The position numbers and the translations under genes were made by a program. From IMG/VR virus record IMGVR_UViG_3300032285_003957, positions 128,001 through 192,000 of that record: 64,000 nucleotides of DNA. One strand, written 5' to 3'. Below the pieces are notes generated by a model, which worked only from the letters and a program-made list of their open reading frames with translations, did not search any database and was not told the origin of the DNA. Position 1 is the stretch's first letter, and every line of letters begins with the position of its first letter. Origin of the DNA: a virus. Lineage: Duplodnaviria > Caudoviricetes. Of the stretch, positions 27,050 through 36,900 are shown in pieces.

Positions 27050-28429
27050 ATGATAACAGAAGAAAAAAATTTCGGGAGATTAGGATTTTCATTCCAACAA
27101 TCGCTAATAAAAGCAATAATTGAAGATAGAAAATATGGTGAAACAATTATTGACGTGATTGAAAGCAAATTTTTTGATAACGCCTCTTTCAAATATATAA
27201 TGGAGAATTTGAAGGAATTGTATAAGTCTTACAAAAAGATACCAGACTATCCTTCAATTTCACAAAAGATAATGGCTGAAAATGGCGATACAACATCAAC
27301 CAGAGCACATTTAGATACTTTAGAACAAATACAAAACAACGAGCAACAATCCGATTTAGTTAAGGATACTGCACTTAATTTTTGTAAACAACAAAACTTA
27401 AGAAGAGAGTTAAAAAATGTTCAAAACATCATCGAACAAGGTGAGTTTGAATCGTATAACAAAATCGAAGAAATCATCCAAAAAGCGCTTCAGGTTGGCA
27501 TATCTGGTGAAGATGCTACGGATGTATTCCACGACATTGAATCGGCTTTAGAAAAGGATAACAGACATCCAATACCAACAGGTATAACAGGTATTGATAA
27601 CCTTTTAAATGGTGGTTTAGGTAGAGGTGAATTAGGAGTGGTATTAGCACCAACTGGAACTGGTAAAACAACAATACTTACCAAAATTGCTAATACAGCA
27701 TACAATAATGATTATAATGTTCTTCAAATATTTTTTGAGGATAATCCGGGTAACATTAAAAGAAAGCATTACACTATTTGGTCTAATATTGCACCTGACC
27801 AACAACCTGAAAATAAGGAAGAGGTAATGAGAATTGTTGAAGAGCATCAGTCTCGTTCAAAGGGTAACTTAAAGCTTTTAAAATTGCCAAGTGATAATGT
27901 TACAATATCTGAAATTAAAAACAAAATCAGAAAATTAAACTCTGACGGTTTTAAATTAGATTTGTTAATCATTGACTATGTTGACTGTATTAGTCCTGAA
28001 AGAACGGCATTAGGTGAAGAATGGAAAGGCGAAGGTTCAATTATGAGAAGTTTAGAATCAATGACAGGCGAGTTTGATATTGCAGTTTGGACAGCAACAC
28101 AAGGTAATCGTGAATCAATTTCAAGCGAAGTTGTAACAGGAGACCAAATGGGTGGTTCAATCAAGAAAGCACAAATTGCCCACGTTATTATGTCGATTGG
28201 TAAAACATTAGAACAAAAAGAACATAACTTAGCAACATTATCATTAATCAAATCTCGTATTGGACGTGACGGTGTGGTATTCTCAAATTGTAAATTTAAC
28301 AATGAGATGCTAATTATTGATACCGAATCACAAAGCACATTATTAGGACACGAACAACAAGTGGCTCAGAATAATGTAAACAGAGCTGCTGATTTATATA
28401 AGAAGAGACAAGAATTACTAAAAAAATAA
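27050..28429 (+). CDS. dnaB: Replicative DNA helicase (DnaB / T4 gp41-like)
   Basis: Walker A APTGTGKT, LIIDYVD, VWTATQGNR, SIKKAQIAH and KSRIG. Confidence 0.9.
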   Translation: MITEEKNFGRLGFSFQQSLIKAIIEDRKYGETIIDVIESKFFDNASFKYIMENLKELYKSYKKIPDYPSISQKIMAENGDTTSTRAHLDTLEQIQNNEQQSDLVKDTALNFCKQQNLRRELKNVQNIIEQGEFESYNKIEEIIQKALQVGISGEDATDVFHDIESALEKDNRHPIPTGITGIDNLLNGGLGRGELGVVLAPTGTGKTTILTKIANTAYNNDYNVLQIFFEDNPGNIKRKHYTIWSNIAPDQQPENKEEVMRIVEEHQSRSKGNLKLLKLPSDNVTISEIKNKIRKLNSDGFKLDLLIIDYVDCISPERTALGEEWKGEGSIMRSLESMTGEFDIAVWTATQGNRESISSEVVTGDQMGGSIKKAQIAHVIMSIGKTLEQKEHNLATLSLIKSRIGRDGVVFSNCKFNNEMLIIDTESQSTLLGHEQQVAQNNVNRAADLYKKRQELLKK

Positions 28430-28443
28430 ATTAAATAGATAAC

Positions 28444-29457
28444 ATGAGTAAATTATTTACGGAGAGAATACCGTTTAAACCATTTGAATATCCTGATTAT
28501 TATAATGAAGGGTGGTTAAAGCAAATGCAAGCGTTTTGGTTACATACCGAAATACCTATGCAAGGGGATGTTAAAGATTGGAATGAAAATTTAAATGAAT
28601 CGGAAAAACACTTAGTAGGTAATATACTTTTAGGTTTTGCACAAACTGAATGTGCTGTATCGGACTATTGGACTGGTATGGTTACTAAATGGTTTCCAAA
28701 GCATGAGATTAGACAAATGGCAATGGCGTTTGGTTCACAAGAAACAATTCACTCAATTGCGTATTCATATTTAAATGAAACATTGGGATTAGATGACTTT
28801 GAAGGATTCTTACATGATGAAGCAATGAAAGAAAGATTTGAATTATTAACTAATACATCCGCAGATTGGACCCCAAAAGATTTAGATACTAATCCAAAAG
28901 CGAGAGTTGAAGTTGCTCGTTCACTTGCTATCTTTTCGGCATTTGCGGAAGGCGTTGCATTATATTCTTCGTTCGCTGTATTATATTCTTTTCAAATGAG
29001 AAATCTATTGAAAGGGATTGGACAACAAATGAAATGGAGCGTTAGAGATGAATCTTTACACTCAAAGATGGGTTGTCAATTATTCAGACATATGTGTGAA
29101 GAATTTCCTGAATTATTAGAAGAAGCTAAAGCTGACATATACAAAGCAGCTGAACTTATCAGAGATTTAGAACATAAGTTTATTGACAAGATTTTTGAAA
29201 TGGGTGATTTAGATAATCTTAAAAAGAATGACTTAAAAGAATTCATAACAAAAAGAGTTAATGAAAAGTTAGCAGAGTTAGGATACAATCCAATTAAGGG
29301 TGGTAGCGACTACTTTGAATTTAACGAAAAGAAAGCATCTGAATTAGATTGGTTCTATCATCTTACAGGTGGAGTTACACATACCGATTTCTTTGCTATG
29401 AGACCTACTGATTACAGTAAGGCAGGTGAAGGTGAAAATTGGGATGACATTTTTTAA
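28444..29457 (+). CDS. nrdB: Class I ribonucleotide reductase beta subunit
   Basis: FKPFEYP, QTE, ETIHSIAY, EGVALYSSF, DESLH and DFF at the C-terminus. Confidence 0.95.
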   Translation: MSKLFTERIPFKPFEYPDYYNEGWLKQMQAFWLHTEIPMQGDVKDWNENLNESEKHLVGNILLGFAQTECAVSDYWTGMVTKWFPKHEIRQMAMAFGSQETIHSIAYSYLNETLGLDDFEGFLHDEAMKERFELLTNTSADWTPKDLDTNPKARVEVARSLAIFSAFAEGVALYSSFAVLYSFQMRNLLKGIGQQMKWSVRDESLHSKMGCQLFRHMCEEFPELLEEAKADIYKAAELIRDLEHKFIDKIFEMGDLDNLKKNDLKEFITKRVNEKLAELGYNPIKGGSDYFEFNEKKASELDWFYHLTGGVTHTDFFAMRPTDYSKAGEGENWDDIF

Positions 29458-29476
29458 ATAAAAAAAATTATATATT

Positions 29477-31255
29477 ATGAAATATTACGGCGAAGAATTT
29501 GGCTGGGAGATTGGTGTCGACTACCCTGAATGGGCTAACACCGAGATTTACGTTAAAACAATATCAAAAGGTTATTTACAAGAAGGTGAAAAACCAAAAG
29601 ATGCATATTGGAGAGTATCAACTGCGGTTGCAAAAAGATTAGGTAAACCTGCTTTAGCAACTAAGTTTTTCGATTACATTTGGAAAGGATGGTTATGTTT
29701 AGCCACACCAGTTTTATCAAATACAGGAACGGATAGAGGTTTACCAATCAGTTGTTTTGGTATTGATGTTGGTGATAGTATTTTTGAAATTGGTAACAAA
29801 AACTTAGAGTTAATGTTATTGGCAAAGCATGGTGGCGGTGTTGGTATCGGTATCAACATGATTAGACCTGCAGGTGCAAAAATTACAGGTAACGGAACAT
29901 CAGATGGCGTTGTTCCATTTGTTAAAATTTATGATTCAACAATTCTTGCAACAAATCAAGGTTCAGTTCGTAGAGGTGCGGCATCTGTTAATATTAAAAT
30001 AGACCACAAAGACTTTGATGAATTTTTAGAAATCAGAGAACCAAAAGGTGATGTAAATCGCCAATCACTTAACTTACATCAATGTGTTGTGGTTAGTGAT
30101 AAGTTCATGAAAAAATTAGAAGAAGGCGATAATGAAGCTCGTAGAAAATGGGGTAAGTTATTACAAAAAAGAAAAGCGACTGGCGAACCTTATATCATGT
30201 ATAAAGGAAACGTTAACAAACAAAATCCTGACATGTATAAGAAGAACGGATTGAAAGTTCACATGACAAATATTTGTTCTGAAATTGTTTTGCACACTGA
30301 CGAACAACATTCATTTGTTTGTTGTTTAAGTTCTTTAAATTTAGCAAAATATGATGAATGGAAAGATACTGATTTAGTTTACACCTCAACAATGTTCTTA
30401 GATGGAGTTTTAGAAGAATTTATTCAAAGAGCTAAGAATATGCGTGGTTTTGAAAATGCTGTTCGTTCTGCCGAAAGAGGAAGAGCATTAGGTTTAGGTG
30501 TATTAGGATGGCACACTTACTTACAACAAAAAGGGATTCCATTTGAAGGCTTACCTGCTCAATTTGAAACTCGTAAAATCTTCTCTCAAATTAAGATTGA
30601 ATCTGAAAGAGCAAGTAGAGATATGGCTAAAGAATTTGGTGAACCATTATGGTGTAAAGATTTCGGTATGAGAAATACACACTTAAGAGCTGTAGCACCT
30701 ACTGTATCAAATTCTAAGTTGAGTGGTAACGTAAGTAGTGGTATTGAGCCATGGGCGGCTAATGTATTCACAGAGCAAACAGCAAAAGGAACTTTCATTA
30801 GAAAAAATCCTGAATTAAGAAAAGTCTTGAAAAAAATAGGTTATGACACAAAAGAAGTTTGGGACCAAATTTTAGCTGATGGTGGTTCTGTATTAGGATT
30901 AGATTTCTTAGATGATTATTGCTACATTGATACTAAGATTGTTGAAGTAAAAGATGTGGACGATAGTAATAAATTTAAAATTGTCCCCGTTAAAGATGTT
31001 TTTAAAACATTTAAAGAAATAAATCAATTGGATTTAGTAAGACAAGCAGGTATTAGACAACAATATATAGACCAAGCGGTATCATTAAATTTAGCGTTCC
31101 CTGCTACAGCAGAACCAAAATGGATTAACCAAGTTCATTTGGAAGCGTGGAAGCAAGGTGTTAAAACACTTTATTATATGAGAACCGAATCGGTTTTAAG
31201 AGGCGATATAGCTGCACAAGCAATGAATCCTGATTGTGTTAGTTGTGAAGCATAA
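29477..31255 (+). CDS. nrdA: Class I ribonucleotide reductase alpha subunit without an ATP cone
   Basis: ATPVL, ISCF, GGGVG, TNICSE, CCLSSLNL, APTVSNS, KTLYY and a C-terminal CVSC. Confidence 0.95.
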   Translation: MKYYGEEFGWEIGVDYPEWANTEIYVKTISKGYLQEGEKPKDAYWRVSTAVAKRLGKPALATKFFDYIWKGWLCLATPVLSNTGTDRGLPISCFGIDVGDSIFEIGNKNLELMLLAKHGGGVGIGINMIRPAGAKITGNGTSDGVVPFVKIYDSTILATNQGSVRRGAASVNIKIDHKDFDEFLEIREPKGDVNRQSLNLHQCVVVSDKFMKKLEEGDNEARRKWGKLLQKRKATGEPYIMYKGNVNKQNPDMYKKNGLKVHMTNICSEIVLHTDEQHSFVCCLSSLNLAKYDEWKDTDLVYTSTMFLDGVLEEFIQRAKNMRGFENAVRSAERGRALGLGVLGWHTYLQQKGIPFEGLPAQFETRKIFSQIKIESERASRDMAKEFGEPLWCKDFGMRNTHLRAVAPTVSNSKLSGNVSSGIEPWAANVFTEQTAKGTFIRKNPELRKVLKKIGYDTKEVWDQILADGGSVLGLDFLDDYCYIDTKIVEVKDVDDSNKFKIVPVKDVFKTFKEINQLDLVRQAGIRQQYIDQAVSLNLAFPATAEPKWINQVHLEAWKQGVKTLYYMRTESVLRGDIAAQAMNPDCVSCEA

Positions 31256-31279
31256 ACAAGTATATTTATTTAAAAAAGT

Positions 31280-31543
31280 ATGTTAGAAGTAAAGAAATTT
31301 TCAGCAGCATGGTGTGGTCCTTGTAAAGCTTTGGCCCCCATTATAAACGAAGTTAAAACACAATTTAACAACGTAATGTTCACTGAACATGATGTAGATA
31401 ACGATTATGAGGCGGCGACAAAATACAGTATACGCTCAGTCCCAACAGTAATAATTCTGAAAGACGGGGTGGAGATTGAAAGAGTCACGGGGTTATCAAG
31501 TAAATCTAACTACATGAAGCTAATTAATGAAGCGGTAAAATAA
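31280..31543 (+). CDS. trxA: Thioredoxin
   Basis: WCGPC active site and IRSVPT; adjacent to nrdA. Confidence 0.92.
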   Translation: MLEVKKFSAAWCGPCKALAPIINEVKTQFNNVMFTEHDVDNDYEAATKYSIRSVPTVIILKDGVEIERVTGLSSKSNYMKLINEAVK

Positions 31544-31548
31544 GAGTA

Positions 31549-31581
31549 AAGTCAGGACCAAAAATCCTGACTTCTTTTTTT
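31549..31581 (+). terminator. Intrinsic terminator ending the replication block
   Basis: AAGTCAGGA-CCAAAAA-TCCTGACTT followed by Ts. Confidence 0.8.
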
Positions 31582-31622
31582 CAGTATACACAACCATTTT
31601 ACCTTTGTTTATATTTATTAAC

Positions 31623-32075
31623 ATGGCAGTAAAGTATGGTTTAGATTTCCCCTTTAGAACGAGTTTAGAGGGACTTTATTTGAAGATGACCACATCTAAC
31701 GAAAGAGAGGTGCGTGCAAATCTCATTCATTTATTATTAACCAGAAAGGGTAGTAGATACTTTTTACCTGATTTTGGAACAAGATTATATCAATACATTT
31801 TTGACCAAAATGATGCAGTAACATGGGGTTTAATTGAAGAAGAAATAAGAAATTCTGTTAGAACATATATTCCTAATTTAGATATTCAAGATATAACAAT
31901 TGTAGCTGCAGACCAAGACCCTGAACAAAGCACAACCTTTGCGCAACAAGAAGACGAAAGATTATTTAGAGTGAGTGACCATACAAATGATTCATATACC
32001 GCAAAGGTAAAAATAAGCTACAACGTAAATAACGGGACATTCACGTCGTCCGATTTTTTAATAATTAACATATAA
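31623..32075 (+). CDS. Baseplate wedge/sheath initiator (T4 gp25-like)
   Basis: NLIHLLLTRKGSRYFLPDFGTRL motif. The start was moved to ATG 31623, 3 nt after TATTTATT. Confidence 0.85.
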   Translation: MAVKYGLDFPFRTSLEGLYLKMTTSNEREVRANLIHLLLTRKGSRYFLPDFGTRLYQYIFDQNDAVTWGLIEEEIRNSVRTYIPNLDIQDITIVAADQDPEQSTTFAQQEDERLFRVSDHTNDSYTAKVKISYNVNNGTFTSSDFLIINI

Positions 32076-33907
32076 TGGCAAAAAAAATATCATACGCAGT
32101 AAGAGATTTTGCGGGTTTAAGACAAGAATTAGTAAACCTTACAAAAGATTATTATCCTGACTTAGTAAAGAATACTAACGACGCATCAATCTATTCAGTT
32201 CTTTTAGATTTGAATGCAGCTATCGCAGATAACTTACATTTTCACATTGATAGAGTTTGGCAAGAAACTATGTTGGATTTTGCTCAACAAAGACAGTCAT
32301 TATATCATATTGCAAAAACATACGGTATTAAAATACCCGGTAATAGACCATCGGTTTCATTAGTTGATTTTTCAATAAACGTTCCTGTTAGAGGTGATAA
32401 AGAAGATGAAAGATATTTGGGTATCATAAAAACAGGATGTCAGGTTTCTGGCGGAGGTGCAATATTTGAAACAGTTGATGATATTGATTTTTCAAATCCA
32501 TTTAATACCAAAGGTGAACCAAATAGATTAAAAATACCAAATTTTGATGCAAACAATACTTTGATTTCATATACAATAACAAAAAGAGAAGCGGTTGTTA
32601 ATGGGGTTACTAAAGTATATAGAAGAGTTATTACAGAATTGGATCAGAAACCATTTTTAAAAATTTATCTACCTGAACAAAATGTTTTGGGTGTAACAGC
32701 CGTTATTCATAAAGACGGAACTAATTTTGCAACAAACCCATCATCATCAGAATTTTTATCATCAAATACTAAATGGTATGAAGTTGATAGTTTGATGCAA
32801 GATAAAGTATTCATACCAGACCCAACTGCAATATCCGATACATTAAATTTTAAAGCAGGTAATTTTTTAACTGTTACAAATAAATTTGTTACAGAAACAA
32901 CGCCTGAAAATTATTATTCGTTAACATTTGGTTCAGGAACAGTTGACCCAATGAATAACTTAGACAATTACATGAGTGGCACAATGAAAGTAAATTTAGC
33001 CACATATCTTAATAATGTTTCTTTAGGCGCTGTTCCAAAAGCAAATACAACAGTTTTTGTAAAATATAGAATCGGTGGTGGTAAAGAATCAAATTTAGGT
33101 GTGGACGTCTTATCAAGTATAGATAGCGTTGAATTTGATGTTAATGGCCCTAATTCGTCTTATAATGACCAAGTAACACAATCTCTAAGATGCACAAACG
33201 TAACACCTGCAATTGGTGGTGCAGACCAACCAACAATAGAGGAATTAAGAAATATGATTGCATATAATTTTGCAGCACAAAAAAGAGCGGTAACATTGAA
33301 TGATTACAAATCAATGGTTGAAAACATGCCTGCAACATATGGTGCACCTGCAAAAGTTAATGTGATGGAGGAAAACAATAAAATAAAAGTTAAACTTGTT
33401 TCATATGATGAAAATGGTAATTTAACTGACATTGTTTCTAACACATTGAAAAGCAATATTTTAAATTATCTTTCAGGTTATAGAATGATTAATGACTACA
33501 TCGATATTACAAGTGGTGAGGTTGTCGATATGGGATTAGAAATTGATTTAATAATTGATAAAAATCAAATACCAACAGATATTATTAGAGAAAGTGTTGC
33601 AACAGCAACTGACTTCTTTGATATTAATAAAAGAAAAATGGGTGACCCATTGTTTGTTGGAGATTTAATTAGACAAATTGGACAAGTTAATGGTGTTGTT
33701 AACGTAGTTGATATCAGAGTTTACGGTAAAACAGGTGGTAGTTATTCTTCTTCAGAAGTGGCACAAACTTATAAAAACGCTGTAACAAAAGAAATCCAAC
33801 AGTTTGATATGTCAATCTTTATGAAGAGTAATCAAATATTCCAAATTAGATTCCCTGGTCAAGATATCAAAGTAAGAACCAAAACTTTAGGAACGACTAC
33901 ATACTAA
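32075..33907 (+). CDS. Baseplate wedge protein (T4 gp6 / P2 gpJ-like)
   Basis: RDFAGLRQEL, AQQRQSLYHIAKTYG, GGADQPTIEELR and QKRAVTLNDY. Confidence 0.88.
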   Translation: MAKKISYAVRDFAGLRQELVNLTKDYYPDLVKNTNDASIYSVLLDLNAAIADNLHFHIDRVWQETMLDFAQQRQSLYHIAKTYGIKIPGNRPSVSLVDFSINVPVRGDKEDERYLGIIKTGCQVSGGGAIFETVDDIDFSNPFNTKGEPNRLKIPNFDANNTLISYTITKREAVVNGVTKVYRRVITELDQKPFLKIYLPEQNVLGVTAVIHKDGTNFATNPSSSEFLSSNTKWYEVDSLMQDKVFIPDPTAISDTLNFKAGNFLTVTNKFVTETTPENYYSLTFGSGTVDPMNNLDNYMSGTMKVNLATYLNNVSLGAVPKANTTVFVKYRIGGGKESNLGVDVLSSIDSVEFDVNGPNSSYNDQVTQSLRCTNVTPAIGGADQPTIEELRNMIAYNFAAQKRAVTLNDYKSMVENMPATYGAPAKVNVMEENNKIKVKLVSYDENGNLTDIVSNTLKSNILNYLSGYRMINDYIDITSGEVVDMGLEIDLIIDKNQIPTDIIRESVATATDFFDINKRKMGDPLFVGDLIRQIGQVNGVVNVVDIRVYGKTGGSYSSSEVAQTYKNAVTKEIQQFDMSIFMKSNQIFQIRFPGQDIKVRTKTLGTTTY

Positions 33908-33961
33908 AATGTTTTTTCCTTATAATAGTAGAAAATCGGTTAGTTTCTATTTATTATAGGT

Positions 33962-36900
33962 ATGGCGCAAAATTACAGAATTTCAACAAATATTGGTAAA
34001 GAACAGAAGGTAACCTTCCAAATGAACCAAGACTACGATTTTTTAGAAATCCTTTCTTTAAAATTCAGTCAAAAAGAGGTTTATACATCCTTATGTTCGG
34101 ATTATGGAGTTGTTTGTGGTAGAGTTACAGCAAACGATGGATTGGGTATTCCTAACGTAAAAGTTGCAATATTCATTCCCGTTTCGGAAATTGACAAATT
34201 AGACCCCGTTGTTTCAGCGGTGTATCCTTATGAAACGATTACATCTCAAGATGCTGATAACATTAGATTTAATGTATTACCTGCAAGAAAACAACATTCA
34301 GGACACACACCAACAGGAACATTTCCTGACCAATCAGACTTACTACAACAAGAAGAATTAATTTATGTTTTTGAAACATATTACAAATACACAGCAAAAA
34401 CAAATGATGCAGGTGATTTTATGATATGGGGAGTGCCAATTGGTCAGCACACAATTCACTTTGATGCCGATTTGTCAGATATTGGTTGTCAATCACTTGT
34501 TCCATACGATTTAATGTATGAAGGTGTTTCACAAGAAAAATTTGAAAACAAATACACATTTTTATCATCAACAAATTTAGATACACTTCCACAAATTATT
34601 TCAATTGATAAAACAATTAATGTTTATCCATTTTGGGGTAATCAAGATTTATGTGAAATAGGTATCACAAGAGTTGACTTTGATTTAAAAGAAAGAGGTG
34701 TTAGGATTGACCCATATGCATTAATTATGGGCGGAACAGTTAGTGATGGTGTTGATGATATGATGTCATACAATTGCGATGTTGGTGAAAGACAAGGTGA
34801 GAAATGTAGACTTATTACAAAGAAAGGTGATATTGAAGCAATTCGTTTTACAGGAAAATATGAAACGGATACAAACGGAACACCAAATCCAAGAAGACCA
34901 ATATTAGAAATGTTCAAAGTAGATAGCACTATTGATGAACACGGAACATTTTTCTTCAGAGTTCCTATGAACATGAAGTATATTAAAACTGATGAGTTTG
35001 GTGAAATTGTGGAATCTAAAGACCCAAATATTGGTATTGCAACAGCGGGAACATATCGTTTTAGATTAACACTTACAGACGAATCAGGTGGTGCTAACAA
35101 AGGAATTAATGGAACATACTTAGTTCCAAATATTAGAGAATATCATACAAACGACCCATCTTTCATTGGTGCTCCGTCAACAATTGACCCAAAGTCATAT
35201 GCGTTTAGTCCTAATTTAGATGATTACCCTACGGCAGCACTGGATGAAATAGTTGGATTAAGTCAGACCGCAATAGACGATAATAAAATTGGAATACCAC
35301 AAGATTACTTTTATCAATTTAGATACAGTAGAGTATACACGGTAGCACAATTTATTAATAGATACATGTCAGCCAACGCACATCAAAGTGGGAATTGGTT
35401 TTGGTCAAGAACAACAAGAGATAAAGAGTTCTTAGCATTCAAAGACATCTATCCCGATAAAGAAACAGATTGTTCTAATACACACGTTCATTTACCAGTG
35501 AACGATGCAACAAAGAAAAATAGAGTTAATTTATTTTTAATTACAACATTGAATTGGGTTAACTATGGTAACCTTACATATTCTTTAGCAGTAAGAGAAT
35601 TTAACGTAATGATTAACTGGTTATTTGGAGGTTTTTTTGGTGGTTCAAGTGCAGCGGCATCAAGAAGAAGAAACAAAGAATATCAGTTTAAAAATATAAT
35701 GAAACTTAAGTTAACGGTTTATCCTGATTGTTATGATTGTGAAGAAGACACGCAAACAAATGGTCTTGATTATGGAGTTTCAGCGATTAATATTGGTGAT
35801 TATACAGGAACAACTTCTTTAAATAATGCTACGTTTTACATGGGCGAAAAGTATTATGCTGCAAGAAGTGCTGGCACATGTTCACAATTTACTATTAATA
35901 ATACAAATAGTGACCCAAAGACAATTACTTACACAGACTGTAATAACAACCCACAAACATTAACATTAGCTGCTGCAGAAAATGGTAGAACAATTTGCGC
36001 AAAAAGTTTAGGTTCTTTACCTTCAGGAGTATCATCAACCGTTGATGATTCATCGTCAAATGCATGTTTAGCTTATGACCCTAATGGTGATTTATATTTT
36101 CACAATGATACCAATGGAGTATATGCACAATACAATCTAACTAATTTACCTGCATCAGCAACATCATCCCTATATGATGGTAAGTTATTAAAACAACAAT
36201 ATGTTATTGGTGTTAATGTTTTAGGTGCAGGTTTACAATATTATACTATTGGTATCGGACAACAATTTCCAATAGTTTATGATTCAGCAACATCATATTG
36301 GAAAATACAAGGTTTATATACCAATATTTCAACACAAATTGCTAACGCTTATAACCAACCACTTGATGGTGTTGTGAGTGGAACCGCGCATAATAAAACT
36401 AATTTAGTTGATATTGAAAAGATATGGTTGGTAACGTATAACTACACTGGTAGCACAACTGGTGTAGAACAAGAAACTGGTTGTCAAAAATACGATACGA
36501 TATACGATAACTATAATGAAGCACCTGGTTTATTTTCACAAGGTAATATGCGTTTAAGGTCAGTTAAATTTCCTATAACATTAAAAAATGGAACAACGTT
36601 AGCAACTTATGTTGATGCGTTGAATTATCTTGAAGAAAATCCACCTGATAATTATACGGGTAATGCTGCAAGTGGTTGGACAACAACTAATAATGTGTTA
36701 TTATGGAATGCATTAGATAATAACTATTACACAGAGATTTATGGATTGAATGAAGACGAATGTCAACCAAGACCACAATACAATTATGGTGCGGTTACAT
36801 CTGTTTATGCTAAATGGCCAGGAACTAATTCAGGTAATTTTAGAAACGATGATGTGAGATGTGTAAGATATGGAAAATATGCGGGAACATCTGGTAAAGG

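Noticed and set aside
28444-31255. Intron or intein in nrdA/nrdB (also dnaB and the recombinase)
   Set aside because: Lengths are normal, motifs are contiguous, and there are no homing-endonuclease or intein signatures.
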